This document shows positions 12,481 to 25,670 of a stretch of 64,000 nt of DNA, piece after piece. The number at the start of each line of letters is the position of its first letter. The first letter of the stretch is position 1. The DNA is from Raja brachyura (taxonomy: Eukaryota). The notes under the pieces are model-generated. The model saw only the letters and a program-made list of their open reading frames with translations, was not told the DNA's origin and made no database searches. The stretch is taken from assembly GCA_963514005.1 (NCBI GenBank), contig OY740800.1:28706001-28770000 (forward strand), in the 5' to 3' direction. The translations under genes were made by a program, and so were the position numbers.

Positions 12481-12920
12481 ACGAACACTAGCAACATTGC
12501 CTGCATAAACATACTGTGTTTTATATTTATATTTTTATATTAGGAATTAATTTTATTTTGAAGTAAAACAAAAGTCTTCCATACCCCACAGTCATCCCGT
12601 AGCATCACTCACCGTTCCCATGCATTGTCGTAACCATTCCCTGACAGCAAGTTACATGGAATGCAGAGCTGAGTCATTGACAGCAGAATGGCCTCGGGTG
12701 CATTTGCGACCCATAGTCAAATAGAATGATACAACACTGCAGCACAGGATAAGCTTTATGGCACCCGGAAAAGCTGTGTGCTTAAAGTTAACTGGAGAGT
12801 GGATTGCTTTTCCTTGACATTCCTGGATTATGCTGTCATTCCGTCACATGATGATGGGGACAAGAAGCCATTGACATATGCAGCTTTCCTGCTCTCCGGG
12901 TAGTCAATTGATGAACAGAG

Positions 12921-13230
12921 GGACACAAAAAGCTGGAGTAGGGTCTCGACCCGAAACCTCACCCATTCCTTCTATCCAGAGATGCTGCATGTTCCGCTGA
13001 GTTTCTCCAGCATTTTGTGTCTTTCTTAGATGTAAACCAGCATCTGCAGCGCCTTCCTGGAAATGGGTGACGTATCGGGTCGAGACCCTTCTTCAGTCCC
13101 TGAAGCAAGGGACTGCAGCTGCTGAAATCTGGAGCAAAGAAATAAACTGCTGGAGGAACTCAGCAGGTTGAGCAGCATTTGTGGGGGGTGCCGGGGTGGA
13201 ATGGTCGATGTTTCAGCTCTAAACAATGCA
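12921..13230. mobile_element. Cluster of PLE pLTR fragments in both orientations
   Basis: GGGTCTCGACCCGAAAC at 12941, the reverse motif at ~13069-13096, and TGCTGGAGGAACTCAGC at ~13148. Confidence 0.7.
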
Positions 13231-15669
13231 TCGGCTCAATGGATGCCATGTCAACTGGTGGTCGCTGTGCAATAAGGCATCGACAACTGATGCAGTTTGG
13301 ACTTTTTGTGTCACAGAGACTGCTGTGACCCGAGACAAAGTGGATGCATCGCCCATCTGAGTAGCTGAGGCCATTTCTTTACCCATTTAAAGCACATCTT
13401 TACCCATGTAAAGTCTCCCTGCATCCTCCTGACATCTTTACTACAGAATTCTGAACTCTTCTGAATATTTTTATTTCCAGTTTTCTAACCTGCAGTATAT
13501 TACAGATTAAGAGAGACCGTCACTTTTAGTAAATCAGATTGCTATTGTGATTACTGGATATCATGTGCCAACGTTTTTAAGCATAGACATTATCTCATTG
13601 CTGCTTGCCACAGTAAATTGGCAGCCAAGTATCCCACATTAAAAATGTGTCGAGAGAAATGGCTCCACTGGGTGTTAGAAGTTTTGGGTCATCTAGAAGT
13701 AGTTAAAGGTGCTGTAAACATGCCACCTGGGCTTTACCATTACTCCTTCCTGCAAATAATAAAATAATGCAAAGTGGTTGGATACTGACTTCTTCACCAA
13801 TCCACAAAGTGGGCTTCTCCAAGAATAAAAGGTGACATTTGTTCTGTGAAACTTTCTTTTGAAATCCTTGTGTGCATTGTATTGATTTTAAAGAGTTGTC
13901 TTGTGAAACAAGTGAAGGGTGAGTGTAACTTCCTCTAGAGTGTGATAAAATAATTGGGTGAAAATTATCTGTCCTATTTTTTTTTAAAGGCAGTGACACC
14001 TAATGCAAAAGTGAGAGTGTGAAAGTGAATGGCAGAGATCTGTCAAGTTGTGATTATTTGTTGGCAAAGAATGGAAAAACAGCCAGAGCGTTTGGTTTAA
14101 ATTCTCCACGTAGTTAATCTTGGGACTTTCTAAATTGAGGCATAAATCCAACTGTGTTTTGGCCGTTTTACAAACAATAAACCAGGCTCAGCTAAAAGTT
14201 ATTCAGCAGTGGAAATTGTTTCAATGTTGCGATTAAACGCATGCCAATTGTTGGTCCCACCTCCCATTCCCTCCCGATACTTTTATTAGGTCCTCCCAGT
14301 GCTCCTTCGAGGGGGTCCTGAGCAGATGTCTGTAGTTACATGTTTTGAGCCTGTATTTTAATGTCGAGCCACATGGATCAGGCATTTTCCTCGACTGTCG
14401 TCATTAAAGCTTTTGCAGTTTCCACTCCAGGATCCCCAAGCCTCGCCATTTACAACTCTTGGGAAGATCATCAGAGACCCCAGAAGTCCAATGCCTATTT
14501 CCTTGAGTTTTGGTTGAGCTTTCTCAAGTTACAGCACATGATGAAGTAGACAATTCTACCCTCCACAGGCTTTGGCTATATCTTTAGTGATGGGCATCTG
14601 ATTTATAGCATTGCATCTTATGCATTAACTGAATATCAACTATCAACAGAATTCAGCACTTGTGCAGAAAATAAACCCCCAAAACACAAAGATGCCTGGT
14701 AGGAGATGGGGTGCCAAGCACCACAGTAAGAAGGATAATGAAGTGGTCCAAATAATTATGCTGTCATTTAAATGTGTTGTTTGTGCGCCGTGTATACTTG
14801 GGTATATGCAGCATCAAATATCACAAACTGATTTCAAGGTGGAATATTTTATTTAAATAATACGTTAAGCAAGTGTTAGCTTGTGTGAGAACTGGGAAAT
14901 GTAAAAACCTGTTTTACTGCGGGGGGGGGGGGGGGGGGGGGGGAGGTTGATGAGTGGTGAGTTTACAGGGTGGGTCAAAGAAGTGTAAGGTTTGAAGTGT
15001 ATCTCGGAGTGTTCCTCTCCGGCAACTCAATTGCACCATAAATCTTGGTCTACAATCTGATTGTTTGATGTTCAAATGAGATAGGCTGCAATCAGGTGAT
15101 AGAGGGAATTTCTGGTGAGGTCTACAAACACTTGACAAATATTTGATTTTTTTTATCTCTTAAGGGTTGCTACTCTGTGTGTCACTGGGTTGCAGCGGGC
15201 CCTGCTTCAAGGAGCTCACCACTGAGATTAAAGCAGATAAAACCAGCATTTTCAGTTGTTTCTGAATTGCCAGAGGTTGGCTGTTTTGAAGTTCTTTGTA
15301 TTATAACACTTGCGAATAATGGCCTGATGGAGTTGTAGTATCTCTCCTGTGTTAATTAACGAGGTATTACTAAACATTTATTATACGTGACACCGTTCAA
15401 GACTTCTGTCATCTTCTCGCAACGCATTTGAGACAAGTTCACAGCTAATTCAGAATAAAAGTGAATTGTTGCAATTCTCAGTCACTTGTTAAGTTTGCCA
15501 CGTCTAGGTGTTGGGCTTCAGTTAACTTCATCCCTTACCCACCAACCACTATCCTTCCCTGACCCACTGAGTTTCTACAAGTGAAATCACCCTAATTGTA
15601 GGAACCTGGAACATTTATGACACCCCAGGAGATCATGTCCGTCAGAAAATGTTTAACGAGTCTTATCCC

Positions 15670-16560
15670 ACTTTTACGGTGAGAAGGGAAAAAATTAAAG
15701 GAGCCTGAGAGGCGATATTTTCTGCACAGAGGGTGGTGGGTATGTGGAACGAGCTGCCAGAGGAGGTGGTAAAACTGGGTTACAATGCTTAAAAGACATT
15801 TGGACAGGTACGTGAATAGGACATGATTTGAAGGATATGGGCCAAATGCAGGCAAATGGGATTAGCTTAGATATGCATCATGGTTGGCAGAGATAGGTTG
15901 GGTCAAATGGCTTGTTTCCATGTTGTACAACTGTATGTACATCTTGTATATCTTATGTACATACATGAGATATAGATCAGTTATAAATAGTGGCAGAGAA
16001 ATGACAGATGGAGTTTAATCCACGGTGTTGCATTTTGAGAAATAGAATGAAAGGGGAAAGTGTACTGTCAATGTAAGACCCTTAACTGCATTGAGGACCA
16101 GAGGGATCTACATCCATAGCTTCCTGAAAGTGGCAACACAGGTAGATAGTGGCAAAGAAGACGCGTGGTGTGTTTGCTTTTAGCAGTCAGGGCATTAAAT
16201 ATAAGAGACGGGATGTCATGTTGCAGCTTTATAAAACTTTTTAGTCCAAATTTGGAGTATTGTGCACAGTTCAGTTCTTGTCGTCCCATTACAGGAAGGA
16301 TGTGGAGGATGCAGAAGTGGTTTACCAGAATGCTACCTGGATTCGAGGGTATTTGCTATAAGCAGGTTGGGTAAACTTGGATTCTTTACCCCAGAACATC
16401 AGAGACTGAGGGGAGACCAGATAGAAGCATATAAAATTATGAGAGGCAAAGTTACGGTAGATGTTCAGAACCTTTTTCAAGGGTGGAAATGTCAAAGAAT
16501 AGATAGCATAGCATGAAGGCATGTCTCTGCTCTGTACTCTGTACTGTTCTACGTTCTATG
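15670..16560 (+). mobile_element. Two consecutive CR1 fragments
   Basis: WNELPEEVV..KRHLDRY segment, then PNLEYCAQF and RLRGDQIEAYKIMRG. Confidence 0.75.
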
Positions 16561-17004
16561 ACAAAGTCTACAACACTGCAGCTCAACAAGTGGGGTTCAC
16601 GTATGGTTTAAACGTGATATGGTTTCTGCATATCCCAACTCGGGGATTACGTTCCAGACTTCCCCAGCCTCTAGGTGAATTTTTTTTTCATTCTCTCCTC
16701 CATCCTTTCAATTACATTAAATCTATGGCCCTGTTTTCTTTTTTAATTCCACTGTTGAGGAAAATAATGTATTCCTATGCCCTCTACCTAGGATTTAAAA
16801 GTCCTCAGTCAAATTTCTCCTCAGCTCCACTGGTCCATTGAAAACGCTCCCAGCCTGTCCTATCTGTCCTGGCAGTTAAACGTTTCCAGACTTGGCAGCT
16901 TGCATGTAAATCGCTCCAATGCCATCACCCCAGTAAGATGACTAGAAATGCAGGCATTACTCAAGCTCTTGTATTGTATGCATTTGAAGAATTCCTTATA
17001 TTTA

Positions 17005-17470
17005 TACCTATATTAAAAACAGGAGGGATAAAGGAGGGCATTTATGCTTGGAGTCTGGGGATGTAGGCGAGGTACTAACTGAGTTGTTTACATTAGTTTT
17101 CACCAAGGAGAACGATATTGAGCACAGGGTTGTCAGTGTGGAGAATACTAATATGCAAGGGCAATTTGAGATTAAGGAGGTGGTGGTGTTGGGGTTCTTG
17201 AAGAGCATGAACGTGGATAAATCCCCAGGACCAGATGAAATCTATCCCAAGATATTGAAAGAGGCAAGAGATGAGATTGTGGGAGCTTTGTTGAGGATCT
17301 TTGCATCTTCCCTAGCCACAGATGAGGTCCTGGAGGACTTGGAGAGTAGCTAATGTAGTTCCCTTATTTAAGAAGAGAAGTCGAGAGAATACAGGGAATT
17401 ACAAAGCCTTACATCAGGGGTAGGGAAGCTATTGGAGAGGATTCTTCGGGATAGGATTTTATCACATTTG
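17005..17470 (+). mobile_element. CR1 ORF2 fragment (endonuclease-RT linker to the start of RT)
   Basis: Encodes VDKSPGPDEIYPKILKEARDEIVGAL, the CR1 KSPGPDGI.P..LKE signature. Frameshifted downstream. Confidence 0.85.
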
Positions 17471-17679
17471 TGGAGTATCTCGTGCTTTCTTAACCATCCT
17501 ATTTCCTTGACCTACAACTGAATGCTCATATGTACCAAGGTCCCTATGTCCCCCACACCAACACCAAGGTGTGTTGGATAGTGCTAGTATACGGGGTGAT
17601 CGCTAGTCGGCATGGACTCGGTGGGCCAAAGGGCCTGTTTCCATGCTGTATCTCTAAACTAAAGTACTAAAGACTAATA

Positions 17680-17900
17680 AGTGATGTTGAACTGATACAC
17701 CATCTGCTAGCTGATGTAAAAGACCCCACTGCATGGTACTGATGTGCAAGGAGTCATCTGCAATGGTCTGGGGTTTAGTCATCAATCAACATCACTACAA
17801 AAAGTTACTGTCTGCCAGAGCTTCCTGTGGGAGTTCCAACATTACCAATTGGTAACATTTCCAAAAGTGCATAAAGCTGTCAGGGCGAAGTAACGAGCAT
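17680..17900 (+). mobile_element. Ancient Deu-domain SINE relic (SacSINE1-like)
   Basis: GATGTAAAAGACCCC and TCAATCAACATCACTA segments resemble the Deu domain as recalled. Related pieces at ~13585-13650 and 19770-19900. Confidence 0.5.
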
Positions 17901-19252
17901 GTGTAAGAGAATAGGTGAGGGAGTGGAAATGTATGGATTATTCTTGAGATGGGATAAGTGGCCTCCTCCAATCTGTTGACCAGCATTGACATGTGGAAAT
18001 TATGTGAACCAGTTATTATGTGAACCTGGATCAACCTATCACTTGGCAATGCTGGCCTACCCCTCCCCCCCCCCCCCCCCCCACCCACCCCATCTCTTTC
18101 TACCAGCTTTCCACCCTCTACTCCACCAGTCTAAAGAAGGGTCCCTACCCAAAAAGTCATCTGGTCATTTCCCTTCAGAGATGCTGCCTTGCCTGCCGAG
18201 TTCCTCCAGCAGTTTGTTTTTTGGTCTAATTTTAAAGTCTGCATGGTTCGCTCATGCAGGCAAAATGAGCAAAGACAATAAAAAATAATGCAATCAAACG
18301 TGCCATCGATGGAACCTTTGCTCTGTAAATGCAGTCTTCGATATGATCCTTGTGCAGGCAATACCAACGTTCTTCTTGGCCAAATTCTTGCATTGAATCG
18401 GTTCCAAGTGACTCGCATGTACGGGGCTCAGGGTAATTTGTGAAACGCTCAGATGTTTGATTAGATGGCCATAGGAGCTGAAGGTAGACAGTGACCAAAC
18501 CTTAAGCAGGTGTGTAGTTACAATTAAGAATTTAGCTGATGGTCCAAAGATGAAAGTTGTGATTTACTTTAATGCCACAATCTGTTGTTGTGCACCTGAT
18601 AATTCATTCTCAGATCCTTCAGAATCAGAGGTCTGGTATTTACCCAGCGAGGAAAAGGAGACCAGGGTTTACTCTCTGATCTGCGTTCCATTGACACCTT
18701 TGACGAGGAAAGCATTGCCTGAACACAGAAAAAGGAAAAATCAGACAGGGATTCTATTCCCATTTGCAGTTCAGTTGAGAAATTACATTAATGGTTAGGG
18801 GTGATGTCTAGTGCAGCCCAATAACCTTTCAACACTAATTGGACCCTCGCTTAAAGAAAAACCATTGAGATAGCTGCTGAAGCTGTTGACCCACATTAAC
18901 CTATAACAGGAAAGAGACAATATCGACGGGAGAGGAAAATAAGAAGAATGAAAAATAAATTTAAAACAGTCTGTTTAACAGAAATGCAAGTCTACCAGCA
19001 CCCAACAGTAACAAAGATCGGTCCAAGGTAAAGAAAGAGGAGACACTTTTACATTGGCGTTTGTTTGATTTGTGTCTTGGGACTTTGCCTGGAAACTGAT
19101 GTAAATTCCATTCATCTGTGATCCAAGCAAAATAAGCTCTAGTGTATGGAGATGTAGTTCACGGCGTCTTGAGCAGTTAGCCTTGGTTAAAGAGTAGCAT
19201 ATTCTCCCTCAGTTAGCAGGTATAGGTCTAAAGGAACCTATGAAAGAAGGTG

Positions 19253-19474
19253 TTTAAGAAGGAAATGCAGATGCTGGAAAATCGAAGGTAGGCAAATATG
19301 CTGGAGAAACTCAGCAGGTGAGGCAGCATCTATGGAGCGAAAGAAATAGGCGATGTTTCGGGTCGAGACCCTTCTTCAGACCTTCTTCGGTCTGAAGAAG
19401 GGTCTCGACCCAAAACATTTCCTTCGCTCCATACATGCTGCCTCACCCGGTGAGTTCCTCCAGCATTTTTGTCT
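19253..19474. mobile_element. PLE pLTR fold-back element with a 17-bp flanking direct repeat
   Basis: About 100-bp inverted arms centred at ~19385, with back-to-back hammerhead motifs. ACCTATGAAAGAAGGTG at 19236-19252 and 19475-19491. Confidence 0.85.
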
Positions 19475-21049
19475 ACCTATGAAAGAAGGTGATGGCTGGA
19501 GACCCGCAGCAGTCTGGGACTTGCCTGGAACAGGCACCACTCATAAGATCTAGCGTGGACTTGGCGCCAAAACATGGCGCCTCTTGCATGCGGGTTCAGT
19601 AGACTATTTCTGTACACTTGCTGATCGGGGATGTGGCAATACTCTATCGGACTGTTTGTAAGAAAAGGAATTACACTGTGTGTGTTAGCACTTCATACAT
19701 GTGACAATCAAAGCACCGTTGACCATTAAAGTCTTGTGAAGAATCAAATGTGAGGTGCAGCAGCGACAGAGGCGCTGCCCTTCAGACAAAGTGTTGAACC
19801 ACGATCAGGTCTGTTCTCTCGCATGAACACACAATGCTATTGAAGGACGGGGGCAGATGCAATATTCATCACTCAATCAACATCATGAATAAATAGATTG
19901 TAAATGCAGCTCAAAAAGCTTTTTGAAGCGTTTGTGTAAATGTCCACCTGTGATAATTGCTGTATGAATATATTCCTGTAACATCTTTGTTCAAAAAGGA
20001 AAACAAATAAATGATGCATCATCAGAGGACTGTTTAACCGGTCACCCACTGGTTAAAAACAGCTAGCTGCAAAACACCATTAACATGACAGCCTAACATG
20101 CTTTGTGATTCAATGAATTGGCTGCCAAGTGTGTTACTATCTGGAATTAGTTAAAATGTAAGCACAATATAGTTCCAAAGTGAGCATCTGTATTGTTTAG
20201 AGACATGTTTGGTGGTAAGGTTTGCCGTAAACCTTTTTAATTACAGCCCAAATAAGACGCTTATGATGTTCAGGTCTCCTGCTGAACATGGTTAATTAAG
20301 TGAAAAAGCCTTCACGTTGAGGTGACACAAAATGTTTGGCCAGTGTTGACAAGGAAATAAGAATGGATCAGATACAGCAGAAAATAACCGGGATTTGGAG
20401 AAAGCAGAAATTCACAGGTGAGAACGAGATTGTCAGAGGTATTAGTGGTAGTTACAGAATATACATACCAAACTCATGTGGTTGATGAAGGAGTTGGCTT
20501 CTTGTTAGGAGGAGAAGTGGTGTTACCATGGTGTAGGAGGTAACATAAAATGACTTATCTTTGTAGCCCCGGTGCCCACACCTTATTGAGTCCAGAGCCT
20601 GCCATGATGTCAAGTTCTTCCTCCCACCTCCATGCTATTTTTTGTTTAGTGAAGTGCCTCCCACTAATAGCCCTTTCTTCCATCTCCAACACTCAGCTTC
20701 CACTTGGACATCCATAGCCAGCCTTTTCCCCTCTCTCAACAATTTCACTTCCAGCAGCTGTCATAATATCGACCATCAGTCTGAAAAAGTGTCCCGACCC
20801 AAAACATTGTCTGTCCATTTCCTTCCGCTGATGGGGTGCTTATATCTCCATTATATCGGACATTGCTGAGACCATGTTTGGAATACCATGCACGGTATTG
20901 ATCACTTTAACTAAGAAACCGTACGAATGCACGAGAAGCAACTCGGAGAAGGTTTACTAGAGCAGGTGGACAAGCTTGACGTATTGACTGAAGTTTAGAA
21001 GAGTGAAAGGGGGACTTGATTGACAGTGAGTGTAAGCTTACCCTCTTGA

Positions 21050-21390
21050 ATGTTTTGATGAACAAATTGAGGATAAGCAGGATACTGCCTCGGAACATAC
21101 ATAAACACAAGCAATGTTTGCAGAGTGGTGAACGAGATTGGAATGGCCGTGGCTCTGAAGCAGAGGTGGCGTCGGTTGAATAGTTTCCCATTTGCCTGAA
21201 GGTTAGTCCACTCCAGTGGAAAGCTTGTGGGAAGTCGCTGCAATGTGGAACATTGAGAAAGGCTTGGGACAATGGTCGAGTCTTGCTGGAGACACTTTGA
21301 GATTGACCCTGTTGTGGATGGTTGGTTGGGATTGCAGTTTGTGGGAGCAGCTATACTTGTAGTGGATGCTGCACTGTCCCTCTCGATTGA
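21050..21390 (-). mobile_element. Decayed RTE-clade LINE RT fragment
   Basis: ANGKLFNRRHL, preceded by a PSLFSMF-like segment across frameshifts, resembles RTE APTLFS...YRTxGKLFNLRRL. Confidence 0.55.
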
Positions 21391-21399
21391 TGCAGTCAA

Positions 21400-22530
21400 A
21401 GCTTGTAGAACATAGAGCAGTTCAGCCAATGGCCATTCAACCCACAATGTCTGTGCCGAACATAATGCCAACTCTCATCTGCCTGCAAATAAGCCATATC
21501 CCTCCATTCCCTGCATATCCTGATGCCTATCCAAAGGCCTCTTAAATACCACCATTGTATCGTTCTTAACCACCAACCCTTATAGCACATTCCAGGCACT
21601 TTCAACCCTCTATGTAAGAAGAAAAGTTGCCCTGCACATCTCCTTTAAACTTTGTCCCCCTCACCTTAAAGCAAACCCACTTTTATTTGATTTTACCCTC
21701 CTGGGAAAAAGGTTCTGACTGTCTACCCTATCTATGCCTCTCCTAATTTTATATACTTCTGTCAGGTTTCCCCACAACCTCCAGCATTCCATAGAAAACA
21801 ATCCAAGTCTGTCCAACCTCTCCCGGTAGCTGATACCCCCTAATCCAGGCATCAATCTGGTAAACATCCTCTGCACCCTTTTCAAAGCCTCCACATCCAT
21901 CCTGTAATGAGGCGACCAGAACTGCACGCAATACTCCAAATATAGCCTAACCAAATTCCTGCTTCATGACTTCCTGACCCTATTGTACTCAATGCCCTGA
22001 CCTATGAAACCAAGCCTACTATATGTTGTCTATACCATTCTATCTACTTGTGTTGAAACTTACGGGGAGTTATGCACTTGGAATTCTCTGTTGTGGAGGC
22101 CAATTCACTGGATGTTTTCAAAAGAGAGTTAGATTTAGCTCTTAGGGCTAAAGGAATCAAGGGATATGGGGAAAATGCAGGACGGGGTACTGATATTAAA
22201 TGATCAGCCATGATCATATTGAATGGCAGTGCTGTATACCTTGACAGTCTTGCTCACAGTCCGTGACCCCTACAATCTTGGTGATGTCTGCACACTTACT
22301 AACCAGTCCATCTACATTTACATCCAAGTCATTTAATACGACTTGCACCAAGGCAAATTCCTTGCATGTATACATACTTGGCTAATAAAATGTATTCAAT
22401 TCAATTCAATTCATATGTCACAAACAGCAGAGGTCCCAGTACAGATCCCTGCAGAACACCATTGGTCACAGATGTCCAGACTGAATATTGTCCTTCCACC
22501 ACAACCCTCTCTTCTATCATTAAGCCCATT
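21400..22530 (-). mobile_element. CR1 3' region (~1.1 kb), with a plus-strand CR1 tail at ~22080-22235 and another LINE tail at ~22340-22412
   Basis: Encodes VRLYLEYCVQFWSPHYRMDVEALKRVQRMFTRLMPGL. A reverse GVLQGSVLGPLLF-like RT motif lies at ~22425-22470. Confidence 0.85.
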
Positions 22531-22903
22531 CTGAATCTATACAACCTTTTGTGCGGGTTTAAAAAGCTGGTGGTTTGTCACACCCTTAGGGTTAGCTACT
22601 AATGGGAGGTATCAATTCAAGGTGGGTGGAGTACTGCAGATCTACTTCATTAATTCAAGTATTCCTTTGTGTTCAGGTAGTCATTGTGTGGCACAATACC
22701 TGAATGAATATACCCTCACTTACCTTAGTGGTTTTCAAAGATTTTGTTCTGACTGTACAGCCGTTCCAACTCAAAAAAGCCACTAATTAATAAAGTAAAT
22801 CCAAGCTTCTGTTACAAACCAAACTTCCTTTCCTGCACTAAAACCATAAATACCAATACCAAACAGGCTCTCAAGCAGTGAGTGAAGAAAAGCGTTCTAT
22901 TTG

Positions 22904-23537
22904 GTTTAGTTTAGAGAAACAGCAATGAAACAGGCCTGTTAGCCCACTGAGTCCACGCCCACCATCAAGTACCCATTCACACTAGTTCTGCTTTACCCCA
23001 CTTTCTGATACTGTCCCCACACACTAGGAGCAATTTACAGAGGCCAATTAGTCCACAAGCCCGCATGTCTTTTGGAAGTGGAGTGCCAGGAGGAATCCAG
23101 TGCAGCCACAGGGGAAAACGTGCAAGCTCCACACAGACAGCACCCGAGGTCAGGATCGAACCAGTGTCTCTGGCACTGAGAAGCAGCGGCTCTACCAGTT
23201 GTGCCACCTCTTAGCACCCTAGCTAATATTTATTCATTAAGTGACATTGCTAAATCATCTGACATAGTTTAGTTTAAAGATACAGCGTGGAAACGGGCCC
23301 TTCGGCCCACTGAGTCAGCGCCGACCAGTGATCCCCGTACACTAACACTATCCTACACACATTAGAGACAATTTGCATTTTTACCAAGCCAATTAACCTA
23401 CAAACCGGCACGTCTTTGGAGTGTGGGAGGAAACCGGAGAAAACCCATGCAGATCCAGGGGAGAATGTAAAAACTCCGTACAGACAAACATTTGTAGTCA
23501 GTGAGGCAGCAACTCCACCGCTGTGCCATCGTGCGGC
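22904..23537 (-). mobile_element. Two tandem HE1-type V-SINEs (22904-23210, 23266-23537)
   Basis: Reverse-complement A/B boxes, V-domain and (TAAAC)n tails. Confidence 0.85.
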
Positions 23538-24889
23538 CCATTGTTTCATTGGTGTTTGTGGGGCGTGGCTGTACATGGGTTGACTGCTGCTTTTTCTACA
23601 TTGAAACTTCTTCAAAGAGCCCTCATTAGCTGTGGAGGGGTGTTGCAGGGTCGTACAAAGAGAAATAATGAATATAGACCATTCAATTCACCCACCCCAT
23701 GCCAACTATCAGCTGCCCGTTACACTAGTCCTACGTTAGTCCCATTTTATTCTCCCCACATTCCCAACTGTCCCAAATTCCATCCCTCCACTTCCCTGGA
23801 GGGGCCACTTAACCAACTAACCTGTATGCCTTTAGGATGTGGGAGAAAACCTACGTGTTCAGAAAGAGAATATGCATATACCCTGTGAAAGTCGTTGCAT
23901 GAATGTAAGTCTTTTTGTTACTACAATGACATACTTGCAGAAAAGCGTCATAATAACCTGCTCCAACAGTACTCATAGCCAGGATGGTTGTTCCAGAGTC
24001 AGGCATCACGGCGACTTAGCTCCAGGAATGAGGTCTTCACCTGAGTCGAAATTCAAATCTCACAATAGCAGAAGTGACTCAAAACTGGACCTCTGTCAGA
24101 GCATGGGCTTTTATTAGTGGACTTAACCTGCTGTACAAGGGTTAACAGGGAGGCCACTGTAGATGAGGGCTTTTATCTTTGTTCATGGGAATGGGTGAAG
24201 GAGGTAGGAAAGAGGTTCTGGCCCTCAGCAAATAGGAGAAACTAATATATATTCATTGCTGGTTACAAGCAACACACCGAGGAAAGCACTTTGTGGAGTT
24301 GGTGTTCTAAACTTGCAGTGAACTAAGCAGAAATGTCAAAGTCAGTACCCATTGACGTGGAAATGAGTCTGTCCCTCTGCATAAAGACTTGTTATTCAGC
24401 AGGAAGTAAAATGTCTTCGCTGACTGGTGTGAGTATAATATATGGGAGAATAATTGTGGTAAAGCAATTGATCTTCTTACAAGGAGGTGGTTTAAAAAGT
24501 GGCAGGTTTTGTGATGCAGCTTAGTAAAAAACCATGATACTGACAGCTCATAAATCTATTGGGCTTTCTACTCAGACCATTAAAAGACAGAGTAGTAAAA
24601 TCAAAGTCCATTTTATATAATATATTTTAATTACTGCCCCATTTCTCATAGTAAAAGGATGCTGTTCTGCGACTTACAAAGCATTTTAATAAAGAATCGA
24701 GGATACCACACTTCCCTTCCTACACCCCTCACAGCAATTGCTGCAGCTGTCTGGGAATGAGTATGTCGTAAAGCTGCAATCTACCTACTGCGCTCGCTCG
24801 TTCCCCCAAAGTACTAGAGGGAGCCTGAGCCCAATATCAATTGAGACTCATCACACTGTGAACCCAAGGTGTTGCCTCTCGGTATCTTC

Positions 24890-25670
24890 GCATACAACCT
24901 AACGGTATGAACATTAAATAATACAACCTAATGATATGAACATTGAATTCTCCAATTTTAGGTAACCTAACTATAAACACCTTTTCCCATTTTATTTACG
25001 TATTTGTTTGTTTTTATGTTTCTCCCCTTCTCCGTCTCTTCCCCGTGCTCCACCTGGAATTGGAACCATTTCACCCCTTCCCCAACTCTGGGTTGGTGGG
25101 TCTCTGGAACTCTCTGCCACAGAGGGTAGTTGAGGCCAGTTCATTGGCTATGTTTAAGAGGGAGTTAGATGTGGCCCTTGTGGCTAAAGGGATCAGGGGG
25201 TATGGAGAGAAGGCAGGTACGGGATACTGAGTTGGATGATCAGCCATGATCATATTGAATGGTGGTGCAGGCTCGAAGGGCTGAATGGCCTACTCCTGCA
25301 CCTATTTTCTATGTTCTATGTTTCTAACTCGTTTCCAACTGTATTTTCTTCTCTGACTTCACAAATTACACCTCTTCTATCCTTATTTCACACCTTTTGT
25401 CTTTTTATCTCTGGCCTGTGTTCAACCTATCAAAAACCTGTATCCACCTATCACTCACCCAGCTTTGTCCTCCAGCTTTCTCCTCCCCCTTCACCAACCA
25501 CAATCAGTCTGACCTGAAACATTGCCTATCCATGTCCACAAAAAAAATGCTGCCTGGCTTGCTGAGTTACTCCAGAACTTTGACTTTTTGTCTTTTCAAT
25601 GTGAAACATAAACTATTCCTTTCCACCTATAGATGCTGCTCGACTCACTGAGTTCCTCCAGCAGATTATT
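24890..25670 (+). mobile_element. Penelope 3' end (ORF terminus plus pLTR), interrupted by a CR1 3' fragment at 25090-25325
   Basis: CAACCTAATGATATGAACATTGAATTCTCCAATTTTAGGTAA translates as QPNDMNIEFSNFR*, the typical vertebrate PLE ORF end. A pyrimidine-rich UTR follows, then a collapsed hammerhead (CAGTCTGA..GAAAC, ~25505) and ATGCTGCCTGGCTTGCTGAGTTACTCCAG. Confidence 0.75.
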
